Shown in pieces: positions 24,061 to 38,149 of a stretch of DNA of 64,000 nt (position 1 is its first letter; every line of letters starts with the position of its first letter). The notes under the pieces are model-generated. The model worked only from the letters and a program-made list of their open reading frames with translations. It was not told where the DNA came from and made no database searches. The DNA is from Chiloscyllium plagiosum (Eukaryota), in contig NC_057758.1 in NCBI RefSeq assembly GCF_004010195.1, positions 2,170,029 through 2,234,028 of the forward strand. Direction: 5' to 3'. The position numbers and the translations under genes were made by a program.

Positions 24061-26720
24061 AATGCACGCTTGAATGCAGGACATTACACACTTGTTTTAA
24101 AGTGTTCGATTTCCATGGCCGCATTCAATTCTTCGGCAGTAAAATTAGGCAGTAAAATTAGGTTCTTGCTATGACTGAATCTCCCTGGGTAATCTACAAT
24201 GGGTAAATAAGAGAAACAATTCCTCCCCGACCTTTATTTTTTTTTGATATGACATCATAAAATTGCCTCCTGAAGTCTGGTAGACACATCCGTCATTGCT
24301 AGCAAACAATGATTTCCGCGTTTAGTTTTAGTGAAGGAATTTACACTATCAGTTATAACCCCTTGAAATGTTCCTCAAATGCGGGAACTAGCTTCAAAGG
24401 CCCTGACCTTTTCTTTGTCTGTGTCTTACCGACCATTTGATTAGATTAGATTAGATTAGATTACAGCGTGGAAACAGGCCCTTCGGCCCAACAAGTCCAC
24501 ACCGACCCGCCGAAGCGACTGAATCTCCCTGGGTAATCTACAATGGGTAAAGAAGGGAAACAATTCCTCCCCGACCTTTATTTTTTTTTGATATAACATC
24601 ATAAAATTGCCTCCTGAAGTCTGGTAGACACATCCGTCATTGCTAGCAAACAATGATTTCCGCGTTTAGTTTTAGTGAAGGAATTTACACTATCAGTTAT
24701 AACCCCTGAAATGTTCCTCAAATGCGGGAACTAGCTTCAAAGGCCCTGACCTTTTCTTTGTCTGTGGCTTACCGACCATTTGATACGTATGATATGCAGA
24801 GCAAAATTCAACTACATCATTATGTAATCCAAACTGCTGTATCTTAACCTGAATCTGCGTCACTGCTATATGTATTCTTCTTGGTAATTTGTGCGCCAAT
24901 CGTCATATCTCTTGTCCATATTACACCACGAACAATATCTGGTGAACTTCCACTCTTTTCCATCAACACAAACATGCCGACGTCTTCACTTCCGCCTTAA
25001 GGTTTTATCATTAAGGCAAAAGCATTCTGGAATTCATTATGATTCATTTTCTGAGAAGGCTTTATAATGCAATTATTTTGTCACCTCATCTTCGTTCGTT
25101 GAAAAACCAATAATCTTCAGCCTGATCCTCTGTCTATTCAGATCTTTTATTAACCATTTCATAAAGCAGAGTGTCAGCCCATTGAACCTCAATACCTTCA
25201 CGTTTCTTTTTTTGTTTTCCTTTATTGTTTTAAGTTATTACCATGGGATGTTATCACCACATATTCTGGAAAACTTCCAGTGTATTTTCCTCTGTTGTAG
25301 CTGAGTTCCCTTGTTTGATTTTTGCTTCTCCATGGGAAAGGGCATCACTCCCAAAGGTGGTCCAGCTATATCGTTTCCAAGACCAAACTGTTGTCCTAGA
25401 ATAGCCACTCTTTCAATCACTCCCACCATCATTTTTCCAGTCTTAACTGGAATTTCTAGCTTTATATTATCCATGGGAATAATGTTCTCTCCGTTTATTA
25501 CACAGATTGCCACTCTCTCGTTATCATTCCAGAAGGAGTACAAATATTCTCATCTCTTGGTATTATATACAGGCTAGCTCCTGTACCTCTCAATATTGTA
25601 ATTTCGTTATCTGCATCTCTTATTCCAACTGAGGAAAACCTACTCACACCAGTGGAATCTTCGAAGAGATTCAGTGGAATATTTCTATCCAGCTGGTGTC
25701 TTGGCTGTGCACTGTCCTCCAGATCCTCGAATTCTCTTGGGATGTTCTCCACTCTAAATAATGCCACTGGTACGGCCAGTTTCAACACATCCTTTTTTTT
25801 GTCCACTGCCGTTCTTTAACCACCAGCACTATGACTTTGTATGTCCCACACGACCTGAGGTGTTTTATCTCTTTGTATTCTCTTAGGTTTCTTTTGTTTT
25901 TTGCATGTGGTAATATTTTTGCATGTGGTTCTCAGTGTGATCCAAGTTTCATTTTCCATTGAAGTATTTGCTTCCTAACTCAGTTTCTATGCCACACAAA
26001 ATGAGTTTGCTGTCGGAAGCTAAAGTTAAATTCAAATTGTTTATAATTTACTGCCCTCTCTGCAGATCTTCTCATTGTTGAGGAACTTTCTATTCCTCAA
26101 CATGAGATCATATCACTTCTCCATCCCCAGAATGACATCTCTAAGATCCTCATATGTATTTTCTATCTTTAATTCTCTTATCCATCTATCGAAATTGCTC
26201 TGTTTTAATTTTTCCAAATTGGAAATAAGACTGATCAATGGGAAACACATTTCTGAACGTTTGTATTCACGCTTCTGTTTCAATTCTTAGGTACTCAAAA
26301 TATACTGATTTACCTCACATAGCCTTGTGACACCCCCTCGAAAGCGCTGCAAACACCTCACTAGTCCGGCCAAACAACTTGGTCTGAATTAACATTGCCC
26401 ACACAGTCTTGGCTAGTTCATCTGCCTAGCCAGTTTCTCAAGGGAATGAAAAATGCTTCTGCATTCTTTTTCATTGACTTCTAGGAATGTGTTGACATAT
26501 TTGCATACATTCCAACAAGGCCTTTGGATATGATGGTTTTCCTCCTATCCTCTACCTTCATTTGCATCATTTTCTGTCGGCTATCCTGTCTAATTAACAC
26601 ATTATGAAGTTCAAACTCTTTCTCTTGTTTCTTTCTGCCTTTCTTTGGCTTGTAACCGTAATTCAGCTGTTACAGTTCCCTTCTTTCTTTTTTTTCTCCA
26701 TTTCAAACGTCTTTCTGAGT
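24060..26720 (-). mobile_element. Gmr1-type Gypsy gag-PR-IN relic
   Basis: ITILRGTGAS (protease), LLGNDIAG-like GLGNDIAG, LHNDVVEFC..YQMVGKPQ, PLKLVPAFEEHF (IN); SCAN-like gag near 26.1-26.5 kb. Confidence 0.8.
24173..24783. repeat. ~268-bp direct duplication flanking a 76-bp HE1/HER1 tail
   Basis: 24173-24440 and 24517-24783 near-identical; insert (TTAGA)4-TTACAGCGTGGAAACAGGCCCTTCGGCCCAACAAGTCCACACCGACC. Confidence 0.9.
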
Positions 26721-26759
26721 CTCTGAGAGTAGGAAAAAGCACATCATCTTTAAAAAGGA

Positions 26760-29700
26760 TAATGCACTGCTTCGCTCCAGCATTTTATAAACATCAATAT
26801 TTTAATAACACCAACGTCTAAAGTCCTGGCTCCAAGTGTACAAGTGTTCTACACAACTTCAGTGCAAGCATACACATTCTTTAATATCATTTTCAGCTCC
26901 TCTAGCCCCAATATTCCTCCCTATTTCTATAATCTCCAACAGCATTTCAACCCACTGACAATTTTAAGCTGCTCAAGCATGTGCGTTCCTTCTGAACTCT
27001 CCACCATTCGCTAGCGCGTGCCCTCTAATCTTTATAATGTTTTCCAGCCCTGAAAGCATTCTGCAAATTTGTAACATCCCCAAGTCCACATCCATCGCTA
27101 TTCCTGTAATCTCCTCCGGTCGCTACATACGTCTATAACTCTATAGTATGAAGCATCTGTTGCAACCTTCACGATCTGATTAATATCAGCAAACCTCGAC
27201 ACTTCTCCTTATATCTGTCATTGTCTACAGTCCCGATTATCCAAACTCTGGAAAGTCCTCCATCATGTATACCCCTTCTTTCCTGTGCAAAATTCTTTTT
27301 GCACCTATAGTCCTCCATATTCCTGCAGTGCCCTTCAGGCTTGCAACCTACTCTACCTCTATAACCTTCCTCAGTTGTTGAAGCCATTACTCTGATTCTA
27401 ATCTCCGAGAGCATTAACACAGTCCCTATCTATGTAACTTTCTCCAGAAGCTGCATCTCTCCCTGTCTCTACAACTTTCTCCAGCACCTACACACCTCAC
27501 TGTCTCTGCAGCATCCTGCTGACACCAAGCACCTCCACATCTGTCTCCTCCACCCTAATCAATGCATTTAAGTAATCATTCATTGCAGTAACCTTCTCCA
27601 TACACCTTCGCCGTTTCTGTAATATCCTCCAGAAGCCCTTATCCTCCCTATTTCTGTAATGTACTGCAATCTTTACATACTTCTCTACTTCTGTAACTGA
27701 AGCAAGTACACCAACGCTTCTATCTCAAAATCCTCCCCAGCATCTTCAGCACTCGCTATCTGTGTAAAACTCTCCAGTACCCACATCCCTCCCTATATCT
27801 GCAATGTGCTCCAGCCCCTAGATTCTGTCTTTGTAAAATTCTCCAGCCTTCAAACCCGTCCTTATCTCTGTAACATTTTCCACCTTTTACACATGCTGCT
27901 TTCTCTGTAAATTCCTGTAGTTTATCTGCCAATATCGATCTCCTCCCTGGCTCTACATCCCTTCATCTATCTGTAACCTCCTCCACCTCTTCCTATCTCT
28001 TTAGCTTTATCCTGACCCTCAACCTCTCCCTATCTCAGAAACATCCGCCAATTCTTACATCACGTCCCCATTATCGTATTTGGCCCTGGCATGCACAATG
28101 TTGTATAGCTCTGTAAATTTGTCTCGTCCTTCATATCTCTATAATCTCTTCCAGTTGGAATAACCCTCACTATATCCGTTACCCGCTCAAAAATATAGTG
28201 TCATCCCTCTCACTGGAGTCTACTCCAGCTGGTACACATCTGTTTACTACTGTAACGTCCAATACCCTATTCCATACCATCCTTCAAAACCTTCACTCCT
28301 CACTATCTCTGTAATGTCCTTCAGCATCTTTACCTATCTATCTCTGTGTAATGTCCTTTTGCACCTGTCACTTTCCTTACATGTGCAACCGTCTCCAACA
28401 TCGGCACTCTGACCTCCGAAACATCTTCCAGCTCGTACTGCCCTCTCTATTTGTGGAACCTACATCAGTCCCTACACTGCTCACAATCTGTTATCGCCTC
28501 CATCTCCTACCTCACAGCAAACGTGTTTAACATGTATATTATACCTACGGGTGTAGTTTCTTCCAGTACTATTCCCTCCTATACCGCTTCACGTGCCTCA
28601 ACCCCTACAAAAATCCTCATGTCTATAACCTCCACCAGATTTTCTAGTCCCTCTATGATTGTAGAATCTTCAAGCCTTGACACTTTTACGATCTCCAAAG
28701 ATCAATCCAGCCCTAATCTCCTCTATCTCTGAAACCTTCTCCGACAGCTGCATTTTCCCAATTACTATCAGTGCCTCCACGACTGCGACCACTTACTTTG
28801 TATGCAAAACCAACTGCAATTTTCTGTGCTAACATTGCAACCTCCTCTGGTCCTGACACCCCTCACTAACCGTGTAACCTCTTCTAGCTCTTAAACACTT
28901 ACTTCTTCTGTAACTTCCTTCAACACCTCCTTCTCATTCCTATCTCTGTAGCCTCCTCTAACACGTGCATCCATTCATTTCATTGCAAAGTCTACCAGAT
29001 AGATCCGCGATCCCTTCCTTTGTAGCGTCTTTCAGCTTCCAAACTATTCCTTATTTCCGCAACCTATTTTAGCCCGTACATCCTTCCATACCTCCGTAAC
29101 CTCATCCATTCTCTTCCAGTCCCAAATATTGCAATGTCTTACAAGGCCGTCTCCCTTTCCGAAAGCTGAATTGTCCTCCCTCTGCTGCACCCATCCTTAT
29201 CTCTGTAAAAACTTCCAGCCAGTACATCCCACCATTTCTCTATAACTCTACCTATTAAGTGCACTCCTCAGTATATCTGTAAAGTTCTCGAGTCTCTAAA
29301 TCTCTTCCTATCTTTGTAAACTCCTCCAAAATGGACACTCCTTTTCCTTGTAACCACCATCAATAGATGTTGCCCTCCCTATCGATGTCACCTCTTCCAG
29401 TCCCACAGAGCCTTCCCTAAATTTGTGCCATCCTATACCTTGACAATTCGCCCTCTCTTAGATTTGCAACATATAGTGCGGGTTTTTTTTCACCAAAACC
29501 TCCTTTGCTCTGTAACCTGCTCCAGCCTCTAATATCCCCCTATATCTCTCTAACTGCCTCAAATCTCATCACCCTGATTCGTCTACATTCGTGTAATTCT
29601 GGAATTCTGGCGAGCTCCAGATTTGGTGGTACATGCTTCGATTTTTCAAGCTTTCCCCTCACCTCTGCTTGCTGCCTCCCTTTGCCTGGTTCACCCTCTC

Positions 29701-29780
29701 CATAAGACATTCTTTAAAACAATCTTTGGTTGATGTTTTGGACATGTACCTGTGTGATGAGCTAATATTGTCGCTTCTTA
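26760..29780 (+). repeat. L2 LINE 3' relic with ~2.7-kb internal degenerate ~36-bp minisatellite
   Basis: Units like CCCTATCTCTGTAACCTCCTCCAGCCCCTACA; L2-like 3' end at 29570-29780. Confidence 0.7.
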
Positions 29781-31559
29781 TGCTTATATTTCACTTTGGG
29801 AACAGTGACAGAACGTAAACATTGCTGTAAGATCCTCTCTTCATCCAGTAATGGATAATTACATATTCAGCCACTTTTTGTTTCTGTAAATGCCAGTGAA
29901 ATGTTCTTGGATTATTTAAAAATACAACTTCTCTCCACACTCTGGACTGCTGTCCCATTTCTCCGTTAATCCTTTCATGTTCTGTTCTGTCTCCCTCTCC
30001 CTTCCTCCCATATATACATTGTATTTATGTTTACCATAGTTATTGCATAACAATGTGTTGTGCAAACTGCCAGTTTTATTTTTTCCCAAGTGAATTCACT
30101 CAAACTCTAGTCGCTTACCTCCGAATATGAATTTGTCTCTAAATGTTTGGAGCAAGTCCTTCTGTAGCTTTTATACTGATCGCTTCAGAACACAACGGGC
30201 ACATGAGTTGTGAAGTATCTGTCCACACAGCTAGATTTGTCAATTGTTGGCGTCATCATTATGGCGTGCAATATATAGTGAATGATGTGTTACTACCCCC
30301 ATGAAATGGGCTACTCGATAAATTCCTCTCTGAGACGACAGTGCCCGTCCCAAGAAAGTAATTAGTGGTCCGTTTCAATTGGATTTTATCCGAAGTAACG
30401 GCTTTCCGCTTTCTCGAGCCTCCGAGATTTGGTACAGCAAATACTATGATAATTTGTTTTCGAAACTTGTCACCTTTCTTTCACGTGCAAAAGCATTAAT
30501 GTAAGATGGAGCATGAGGTCACATTATCTACTGAGAACAGTGAAGGTTGGATGGATCTGATAATTCTTTCAGTTTGACCATTCAAGTAAGGAATTAAGTC
30601 AATAACTCAGAATGTTCCTGAAGTCCTATCTGTGATTTCAGATTGACTCCTACAACATCTCAGTGAAATGTCTTAGGAAAGACGCAGGTTAGCACCTTCA
30701 CCTCAAGGGAAATTAGAGAAAAGTAACAAAATCAGGCCTTACCAGCAGCGTTCGGAACCCTAGACGGTTCCGTTTTTAAACACTTGTACACAAATCAGAA
30801 AACACACGGAAGATTCATGAAAGTAATGAAACTCGGAAGATAATTGATGGATGGATGAACAAGTCCCATTCTGTTCTGTCTAGCTTGTCCCATGCAACTG
30901 TACTGTCTTGGTCACTACCAAATAACGATAGATTTCCCATTCCAGACCATGTAATATCCAGGGAGAGTAGAGACAGCAACGTTTAAAAAAGACCACGGTC
31001 AGTATGGGGGAATTTAAAAGAAAACTGAGGAAATCCACTCAGAGACCCCATGTAATGATCGAAGCGTGTTTAGCAGATTATTCTGATTAGATGTTAGATG
31101 AGATCGAGTGAGATGACAATTACTTTCCCAAAACAATTACATCTGTTCTGCTGACACCAGTTTGACACAATGCATGTAAGACAGATTTCTAATTGTCTGC
31201 CATACAGTCCGTGCTTTGCAATCGTTTTCCAAGATAACTGCTTTGCTCGTTCTGGTTTGTTGAAATTACCTGTACACACTTTGTGAGAGTCTGACCACTT
31301 ACCTACAAGCTCCATATGACCAGAAATAAGTTGATTGTTTGAAACTCAGAATTCAGCAGTTTTTCCCACTATGTGATCTCACGGCTTTTATGGAATTCTT
31401 CCGGGTCGTTTCTGTCAATCGAAACCAATGACACATTTTAATTTGACGGGAAATGATTTCTATGCTTTCAGCTGTGGGCTTGGTGGATTGGAATGCTGAC
31501 TGTTATTTTTTAAAACGGTCATGAGACGTGGGTGTCTCTGGCTGGCCCGCATCTGTTGA

Positions 31560-34270
31560 ATCTATTGTATAAGATATGACATTGTTTAGTTAGGAATTAA
31601 TAGCAGCATTAGAGAGAATCAGTATGCATTTCTGAAATGAAAATCGTACTTGATGAATTACAGAATTGATGAAATTTGTTTCTTGCAGCACAAACAATGG
31701 AGCATCAGTGGATTTTGTTTATTTGGATTTGTGTAAGGCTGTCTGTACGAACTCAGGCAGTGGTTTTGCAAATAATATTAATGTGAAGGGTATTTGGAGG
31801 AGATCAAGTAAGTGGAAAGTTCAAGTTAAGTTGGTCTCCATTTAAGGGAATCGGAATATCGATGCAAAGACAGCATGCAGAATTTGCGGAGAGCGTTGGT
31901 GAGACGGCACAAGGAGTATAATGTCCAGTTTTGGTGTCGTAACCTAAAAAAAATAGCGATCACAGAGGAGGTGCAATGGATATTCTCCAGACTAACCACT
32001 CAACTGGCAAGATTGTCTGATGAGGAAACTTGGCCTATGTTCTCTACAGTTTCAATGAATGAGGGATGATCATGTTGTAATTTCGAAAAATCACCAGACA
32101 TTTGGCAAGGTGGAAATAAACGGAATGTTTCTCTGGTTGTCTACTTCACGTTCAAGACAAATAATAGCATGATCAGGGCCAAGCCATTTAAGACTGCAAA
32201 AAGGAGGAATTCTTCCCTCGAAGGGGAACTACTAACAGAGACATGGGAATCTACTTGCAGGCAAGGTTGGGGCGAATCGCCAGATATTCTACAGGTGTGT
32301 CAAGCGATGCAGAATAATCAGGGAACAAGTACGAATTCATAACTTGTCAAGTTGCATCCAAAGTCAACTTAGTGGCAGGAGACAGGGGGGGTGGTAGAAC
32401 GCTGTTTTTGTGACTGGAAGCCAATGTCTCCTGGGTTACCACAGAAATCACTTATTATTGGTGGTATTCATAAATGATGTAGATGTGAATATGGAGGGTG
32501 TTAACTGTGTTTGCATTTGACAAAAAGACTGGCCAGACGATTGGCAGTGATGAGGAATGTCTTATGTTGCAGAAAGATATAGATGGAATGGTCAAATAGT
32601 TAGCTCAATAGCAGATGGAATGTAAACCTGTTAGATATGAGGTGATGCACTTTAGAAGAAGAAACCAGTCAAGATTCAATGAATGGCACAACATGAGGAT
32701 GCTCACAGTGTGCTTCTCCACAACTTCCTGAATGTGAGTGGACATATTAATAGACGAGTTAAAAAGACATCAGAGAACATCGGCGTAGCCTTTCTTCACC
32801 AAGCCATAAAATATAAGAGCTGTACAGGAGCTTGTTTATACCACAGATGGAACACTGTGCAGTTCTGGGCGACACATTACACGAAAGATGGATTACACTG
32901 TAGCAGGATGTTCTCTAAGACTGAGAACATCAGGTATGAAGAGAGACTAGATAAGCTTGGGTTAGTTGTCTTGAAGCAGAGAAGACTGACGAGGACATGA
33001 TTCAGAAGGGTAAGCTGACAAGGAGTACGGACAGGATGGGTTCTTTTTAGTCAGAGGGCCGTTAGCAAAGGAGAACACATTTAAAGTGTAGGGTTTCAGG
33101 TTTAGTGAGAATGTGAAGATTGCTTTTCACCCAGTGTGTGTTAGGGCCAAATTGTGATTGTATCAATGTATTCAGAATCCATGCAGGATCAGTTGGTTCC
33201 ACAGGCAGACGCTAAAGATGTTGATGTAGCTGTGATAGCGAGACTGTTTCAGGACCTGGTTGAAGAGCTCGGAGCAATTCCAGAGGACAGACCAAGTTTT
33301 TAATATGGTTGAACAAGTCCGAGTATTGAGGTAGGTACATGAAAGTTTATTGTACTTAAGTTCTTCAATGTACAATATGGTGGAGAGAAAAAAATACATT
33401 TGTTGTGTACGTGAATTCCTCTAAGATTGAAGAACAGCACAGGTCCTTTGCAGGTCTGATACAGTGTGACCCTGAGCTGAGGGATGTCTGACTGCAGGGA
33501 GAGTAGATAACGGCGCATGACTGCAAGTCTGGAGCGGAAGATCCAAGACGTCAGCCCTCACTTTCTCCCTTTGATTATAGAAGGTCAATCACTGAGTAGC
33601 TTAACACAGGAATTGATGGATTTTAAAAAAAATACATTAACAAGTTTATAAGAGTGAACTCTCAAAACATCCCAAAGTATGTCTCTGGGAAAAGTGAGAG
33701 AGAACACGTCTTCTTTTCAGTCTGAAACCAGAGAATGAGGAATGGAGAGCGGGGAAATGGCACAAATGTGAAGCAAATACTTCAGTTCTGTCTGCACAGA
33801 GAAATCTTAAAAGTAATGCATATACTTATTCTGAAGGTATGAAGCAAGCTGATCCTTACGTGAGAAGAGTTTAAGCTGACTGGACCTGTATTTGATGCTC
33901 ATTAGGAAAATGAGTAGACATGTCAATAAATGTGTAACATCCTGACGGGGCGAGACAGAATAAAAGCAGTGTTGATGAATCCCTGGTTGGATTTTCTAAA
34001 ACAAGGGGTTACAGCCTGAGGTATGGGCAGGCTATTCTTTCGTGAAATGTGACTAAATGTCTTCACTCAGAGACTGATGACCTTGAATATTCGCTGTAGA
34101 ATAGCAAGCACAGAATGTAAATTAGAATGAAGTCGATTGGTGTGTTGAAACAAAAGGACTGGGCAGACAACAGGAATGTGGTGTGGAGATACAGGATTAG
34201 CCATCATTATATTGAATAGGGTAGCACGTTTGATGTACCTTAAGAGAGAGTGCTGTTCCTATTTTATATT
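31560..34270 (+). mobile_element. Several old CR1 ORF2/3' fragments
   Basis: LVRRHKEYNVQFWC, VQFWATHY, YEERLDKLGL..LKQRRL; CR1 3' UTR-like ends at ~33.1 and ~34.25 kb. Confidence 0.7.
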
Positions 34271-34664
34271 GTTTTCTTTTCATAACTAATCGCATTTCGG
34301 GATGTACACAAACTGTATTGAAAAAATGTTCGGCCATGAACTGGAATGGCAAAGACACAATAGATTAAATGGCCCGATCCTTCTCCTTTCACTCTGCAGT
34401 CTGTGTGAAAGCTCTGTAAATGTTGACACAAGCACTCCGATGTTTGGAAGGCGGCCTCTGCTCAGTCGATAGGTTTTCCATTTTTTTTTCAGAGCCGTGT
34501 CCTCTCTCCGATCTCACCCTTTAAGGCCTAGGAATTGTTTGAAACATATGAATGTTTTGCTTGGCCGTTTCAGAGAGCATTTCAAAGATAATCACATGAC
34601 TGTGTCGCTAGAGATGCTATTAAACAAGACCAGGAAAAGACGACAGATTCACTTCCTAGAAATA

Positions 34665-35260
34665 GAACATACAAACATAGAAACACAGAGCATTGGAGCA
34701 GGAGAATGCCAATTAGTCCTTCGCACATCCTCCACCATTCACCACGGTCATGGCTTATAATCCAACTCAAAAGCCAAATCCTGCTTTCTCCCCATAACCT
34801 TTGACCCAATTCCATTCAAATGCTGTAGTTATCTGCCTCTTGAATACATTCTTTATTTTGGCATCAACGAATTCCTGTAGTAAGTAATTACACAGGCTCA
34901 CCACTCTTTGGGTAAAGGGTAGTCTACTCAGCTACGTCCTAAATAGTCCATCCCGAATCCTCAGACTGTGAACCATGTTGCTGGACGCACCCACCATCGG
35001 GAACATCCCTTCTGTGTCTACCCTGTCTAATCCTGTCGGAATTTTATGCGTTGCTATGAGATGCCCTGTCACTCATCTGAACTCTGGAGGAAACAATAAT
35101 AGACGAGTCAATCTGTCCTCAAACGTCGGTACCGCCATCCCCAGTATCAGCCTGGTAAACCTTCACTGCACTCCCTCAAGAGCAAACGCAACCTTCCTCA
35201 AAAAGTTAGACTTAATGTGCACACAATATTCTAGGTGGTGCATCATCAATATTGCCCTGC
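34665..35260 (-). mobile_element. CR1 3' fragment
   Basis: AGAACATACAAACATAGAAACACAGAGCATTGGAGCAGGAG tail; CTQYSRW / NLHCTPSRA antisense signature. Confidence 0.8.
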
Positions 35261-35399
35261 ATTACTACTTTGATGTACTTTGATGAAGCAAAGTGGTGCT
35301 TAGATCTCAACATATTATGATACTTTTAACCAGCAGCCAGAACATTAGTCTGATCCGGAATTGTGATCCAGTGACACTTTCCCAACAGCACCATCTCCA

Positions 35400-36250
35400 C
35401 ATGGGGACCTATAGGAAACCTCACAGCAGGTTATTTCCATGTAAGTGTTTTTTGACAGCTCTGTTAAAAAGAACTTCCACCAATTTGACTAGCATGATGA
35501 GACAGTGGGACGGCAATTGTGACATTTAAAAGTAATTTTCTACATTATCAGGTAGATGTCAGAGTCGGAACTGTATTTAAACAACTGCCCCAGGGACACG
35601 GCGTGGTGTGTAGCACAAGTCTTCAGTCCACTTGCAGGAATGGTGTCGGTGCCCGATGTCTTTGTCATGTTCACTGTGTTCAGCTATTTCTTCACCTGGA
35701 GCAAATCGAATTGACTGAAGTCGTGCATTTGTGATTCTGTGGACATCATGATGAGGATGTGATGGATCATCCACTCAACACATCTCACAAAAGATGGTGG
35801 AGATTCTTCCACCTTGTAGTTTGCACTGATGTGCTGCGCACTTCCATCATGGAAAAAAGGATATTTGTTTAGCATCCACCTCCAGTGTGCTGTTTCATAA
35901 ATCATCACTATTTAAACTGCACGTGAGAAGACTGCAGAGCTTAGATCTGATGTGTTGGTCATGGGATCATTTCGCCCTTCTCTATCAGATATTCCTGCAG
36001 CTATCAAGCTTCACCATGTAGTAAACCGTTGTTAGATACACATGATGCTGGTCCGGGGCATGTTCACTCACAGTCGTTACTGCACCACAGTTAGGCTTGC
36101 TGGTCATGGTTATGTGGGGCTATTCTCGGATTGAGGTTGCAGAATGTGACTGAATACAATTCTGTTGCCCCTGTCGTTTGTAGCGTCACATGGATGCCCA
36201 GCTTTGAGCTGAATTTTCTACAGTACGATTCTGCGACAATTCACACCGAG
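35400..36250 (-). mobile_element. Old CR1/L2-clade LINE fragment (homologous to 55240-55990)
   Basis: Shared TTGACAGCTCTGT..AAAGAACT..CACCAATTT and GGAATGGTGTC.G.GC motifs. Confidence 0.55.
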
Positions 36251-36839
36251 TCCAATTCACCCATCAGCTCTGTTATCAGTAAAGTACTCTGTTTGTTGTT
36301 GTGGTAACACTTGCATTTTAATTTGTTCATTCTTCTAAAAGTCTCTCCATGCTGCCACGCATTCAATTTGTCACATACTCCAAAGCCATTTAACATGTAC
36401 ATCTGAATCTTTATTTTTCCAGTATTGGCCTAAAGTTATTTCTTCTAAAGTGGACTGATTTCCCTGTGTTCTTCTGCCTGACTATGAGTTTCGTATAGTT
36501 GGCGATACCAGCCGAATCTTGTTCAGAATCAGTGAAATTGTCCGGTTGGTGCTGTTGATCACTTCCTGTGCCAAAGTTGCTCAAGCGTTCTGTCCAACAT
36601 GGTGCATGTACAATGGGTGCGTGTTGGACAGACTGTTTGAGCAACTTTGACACACATATTGGAAACATGTCCAAAAGTAGAATTTGAAGGAGAATCTAGC
36701 CATGTGTGGCTACATCTATGGAAAGATGTATTGATTCGGGTCCAGTGACTCTCCTTCAGCAATATTCAGTTTGTATCGACATTTTTTTGTTTCACATTTC
36801 GAGCACCCACTTCTCTTCATTTTAATCCGATAATGTTCT

Positions 36840-37950
36840 GTGCTTTATTTTTTGGTGAAACTCAGTAGGTTTGGACCCACCTGCGAAGGCAGAGAAACAG
36901 AATTAACGTTTTGAATTAATGGGTGACATTTTGTCAAAAATAAAAAAGATTGTAAAGTTGGTCTTTTAATACATTGACAGAGATGTAGGAGGGGTAGGGA
37001 AACATGTGGAGGTGCACTGCAGAAGGCAAACAGGCTGCTAATTGTGGTGTAGGAGAAATAAACGTAAAATGAATGTAAATTAAGGAGTGAAGGGGAAAAC
37101 GGGAGACCAGGACGGAAAATATAGGAAAGTTGGAGAACAGTCATAATGGGGTCAGGTTGTAAATTTATGGAACTGAATACTAAGTTCTACAGGCTGTAAA
37201 GTACCAAAGTGTTAAGTGAGGTGCTACTCGGATTTGGGTTGTGCTTCATTGGAACATTGCAGCGACCCTCGATCGAAATGTTAGCTTGCGAGCAAGGTAG
37301 GTTATTGAAATGAAAAACAATTCGAAGGCCAGGGTTATACCGACAGACAGAGGGGAATTGTCCCTCAGAACAGTCTTCCGCTTAGTCACACCAATATAAA
37401 CTAGACTATAGTGTGTGCAGCAATGACAGGAGACTGGATTGAAAGAGTACATGTGAAATGTTGCTTCACCTGGAAAGGGTGTTTTGGGCCTTAGTCATTG
37501 AGGATGGAAGAGGTGAATGGCAAGTGTTGCAGCTTCTGCAATTACAATGGAAGGTGCCATGGGGGAATGGGGAAGTGTTCATGATGATGGAAGGTGGCAC
37601 AGAGGGAATGGCCTCTGGGAAATGTTGAAAGTGGACAGGAGGCGAACATGTTTTGTGTGGTGCTGGCCTGCTGGAGGTGTTGGAAGTAGAGGGGGATGAC
37701 TCCGTGAATGAGTTTCTAATGCAGTGGGAAATGAGGACAAGGGTATATCCACCATTGCTCTGGAAAGAAGGAGAAGGTGGGAAGACAGAAATGAGGGAGA
37801 TGGTTTATCACAGCTGAAGACCTCTCCTTCAGAGTTGGGGAATTGCTCATTTAAAGGAAAATGAGTTCATGCCTGACGCTGTCCACTGGAATGTAGCGTC
37901 ATCGATGAGAAACGACATAGCCAGAGAAACTGGGAGAACCAAGTAACCTT
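36840..37950 (-). mobile_element. Old Penelope-like element
   Basis: LVYIGVTKR (GIY-YIG) on the minus strand; purine-rich tail and terminal-repeat-like end near 36860-36930. Confidence 0.6.
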
Positions 37951-38149
37951 CGGCTCATCACGTTTTCAGACACATGCGAAAGTTTCCCTGGAATAATTGT
38001 ACAGCACATGCTGTCCAAATTGCAACGTTTTCTCTTACATCTCATCTAAAACGTGATGTGAGAATACACTCAGAAGAAGATACACTGACAGACATAATGC
38101 TCAGACATGATTGTTTCCATTTTAAAATAAAATGGTTTTAATAAAGATC

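Noticed and set aside
26760..29560. Regularly spaced ~36-bp repeats reminiscent of a CRISPR array
   Set aside because: Eukaryotic context, degenerate contiguous units without unique spacers, no cas genes
33172..33560. Coding-looking minus-strand ORFs (MRRYLLSLQ... / ...SVCLWNQL)
   Set aside because: Ends with an LWNxL motif typical of LINE ORF2 C-termini; more likely an old LINE than a host exon
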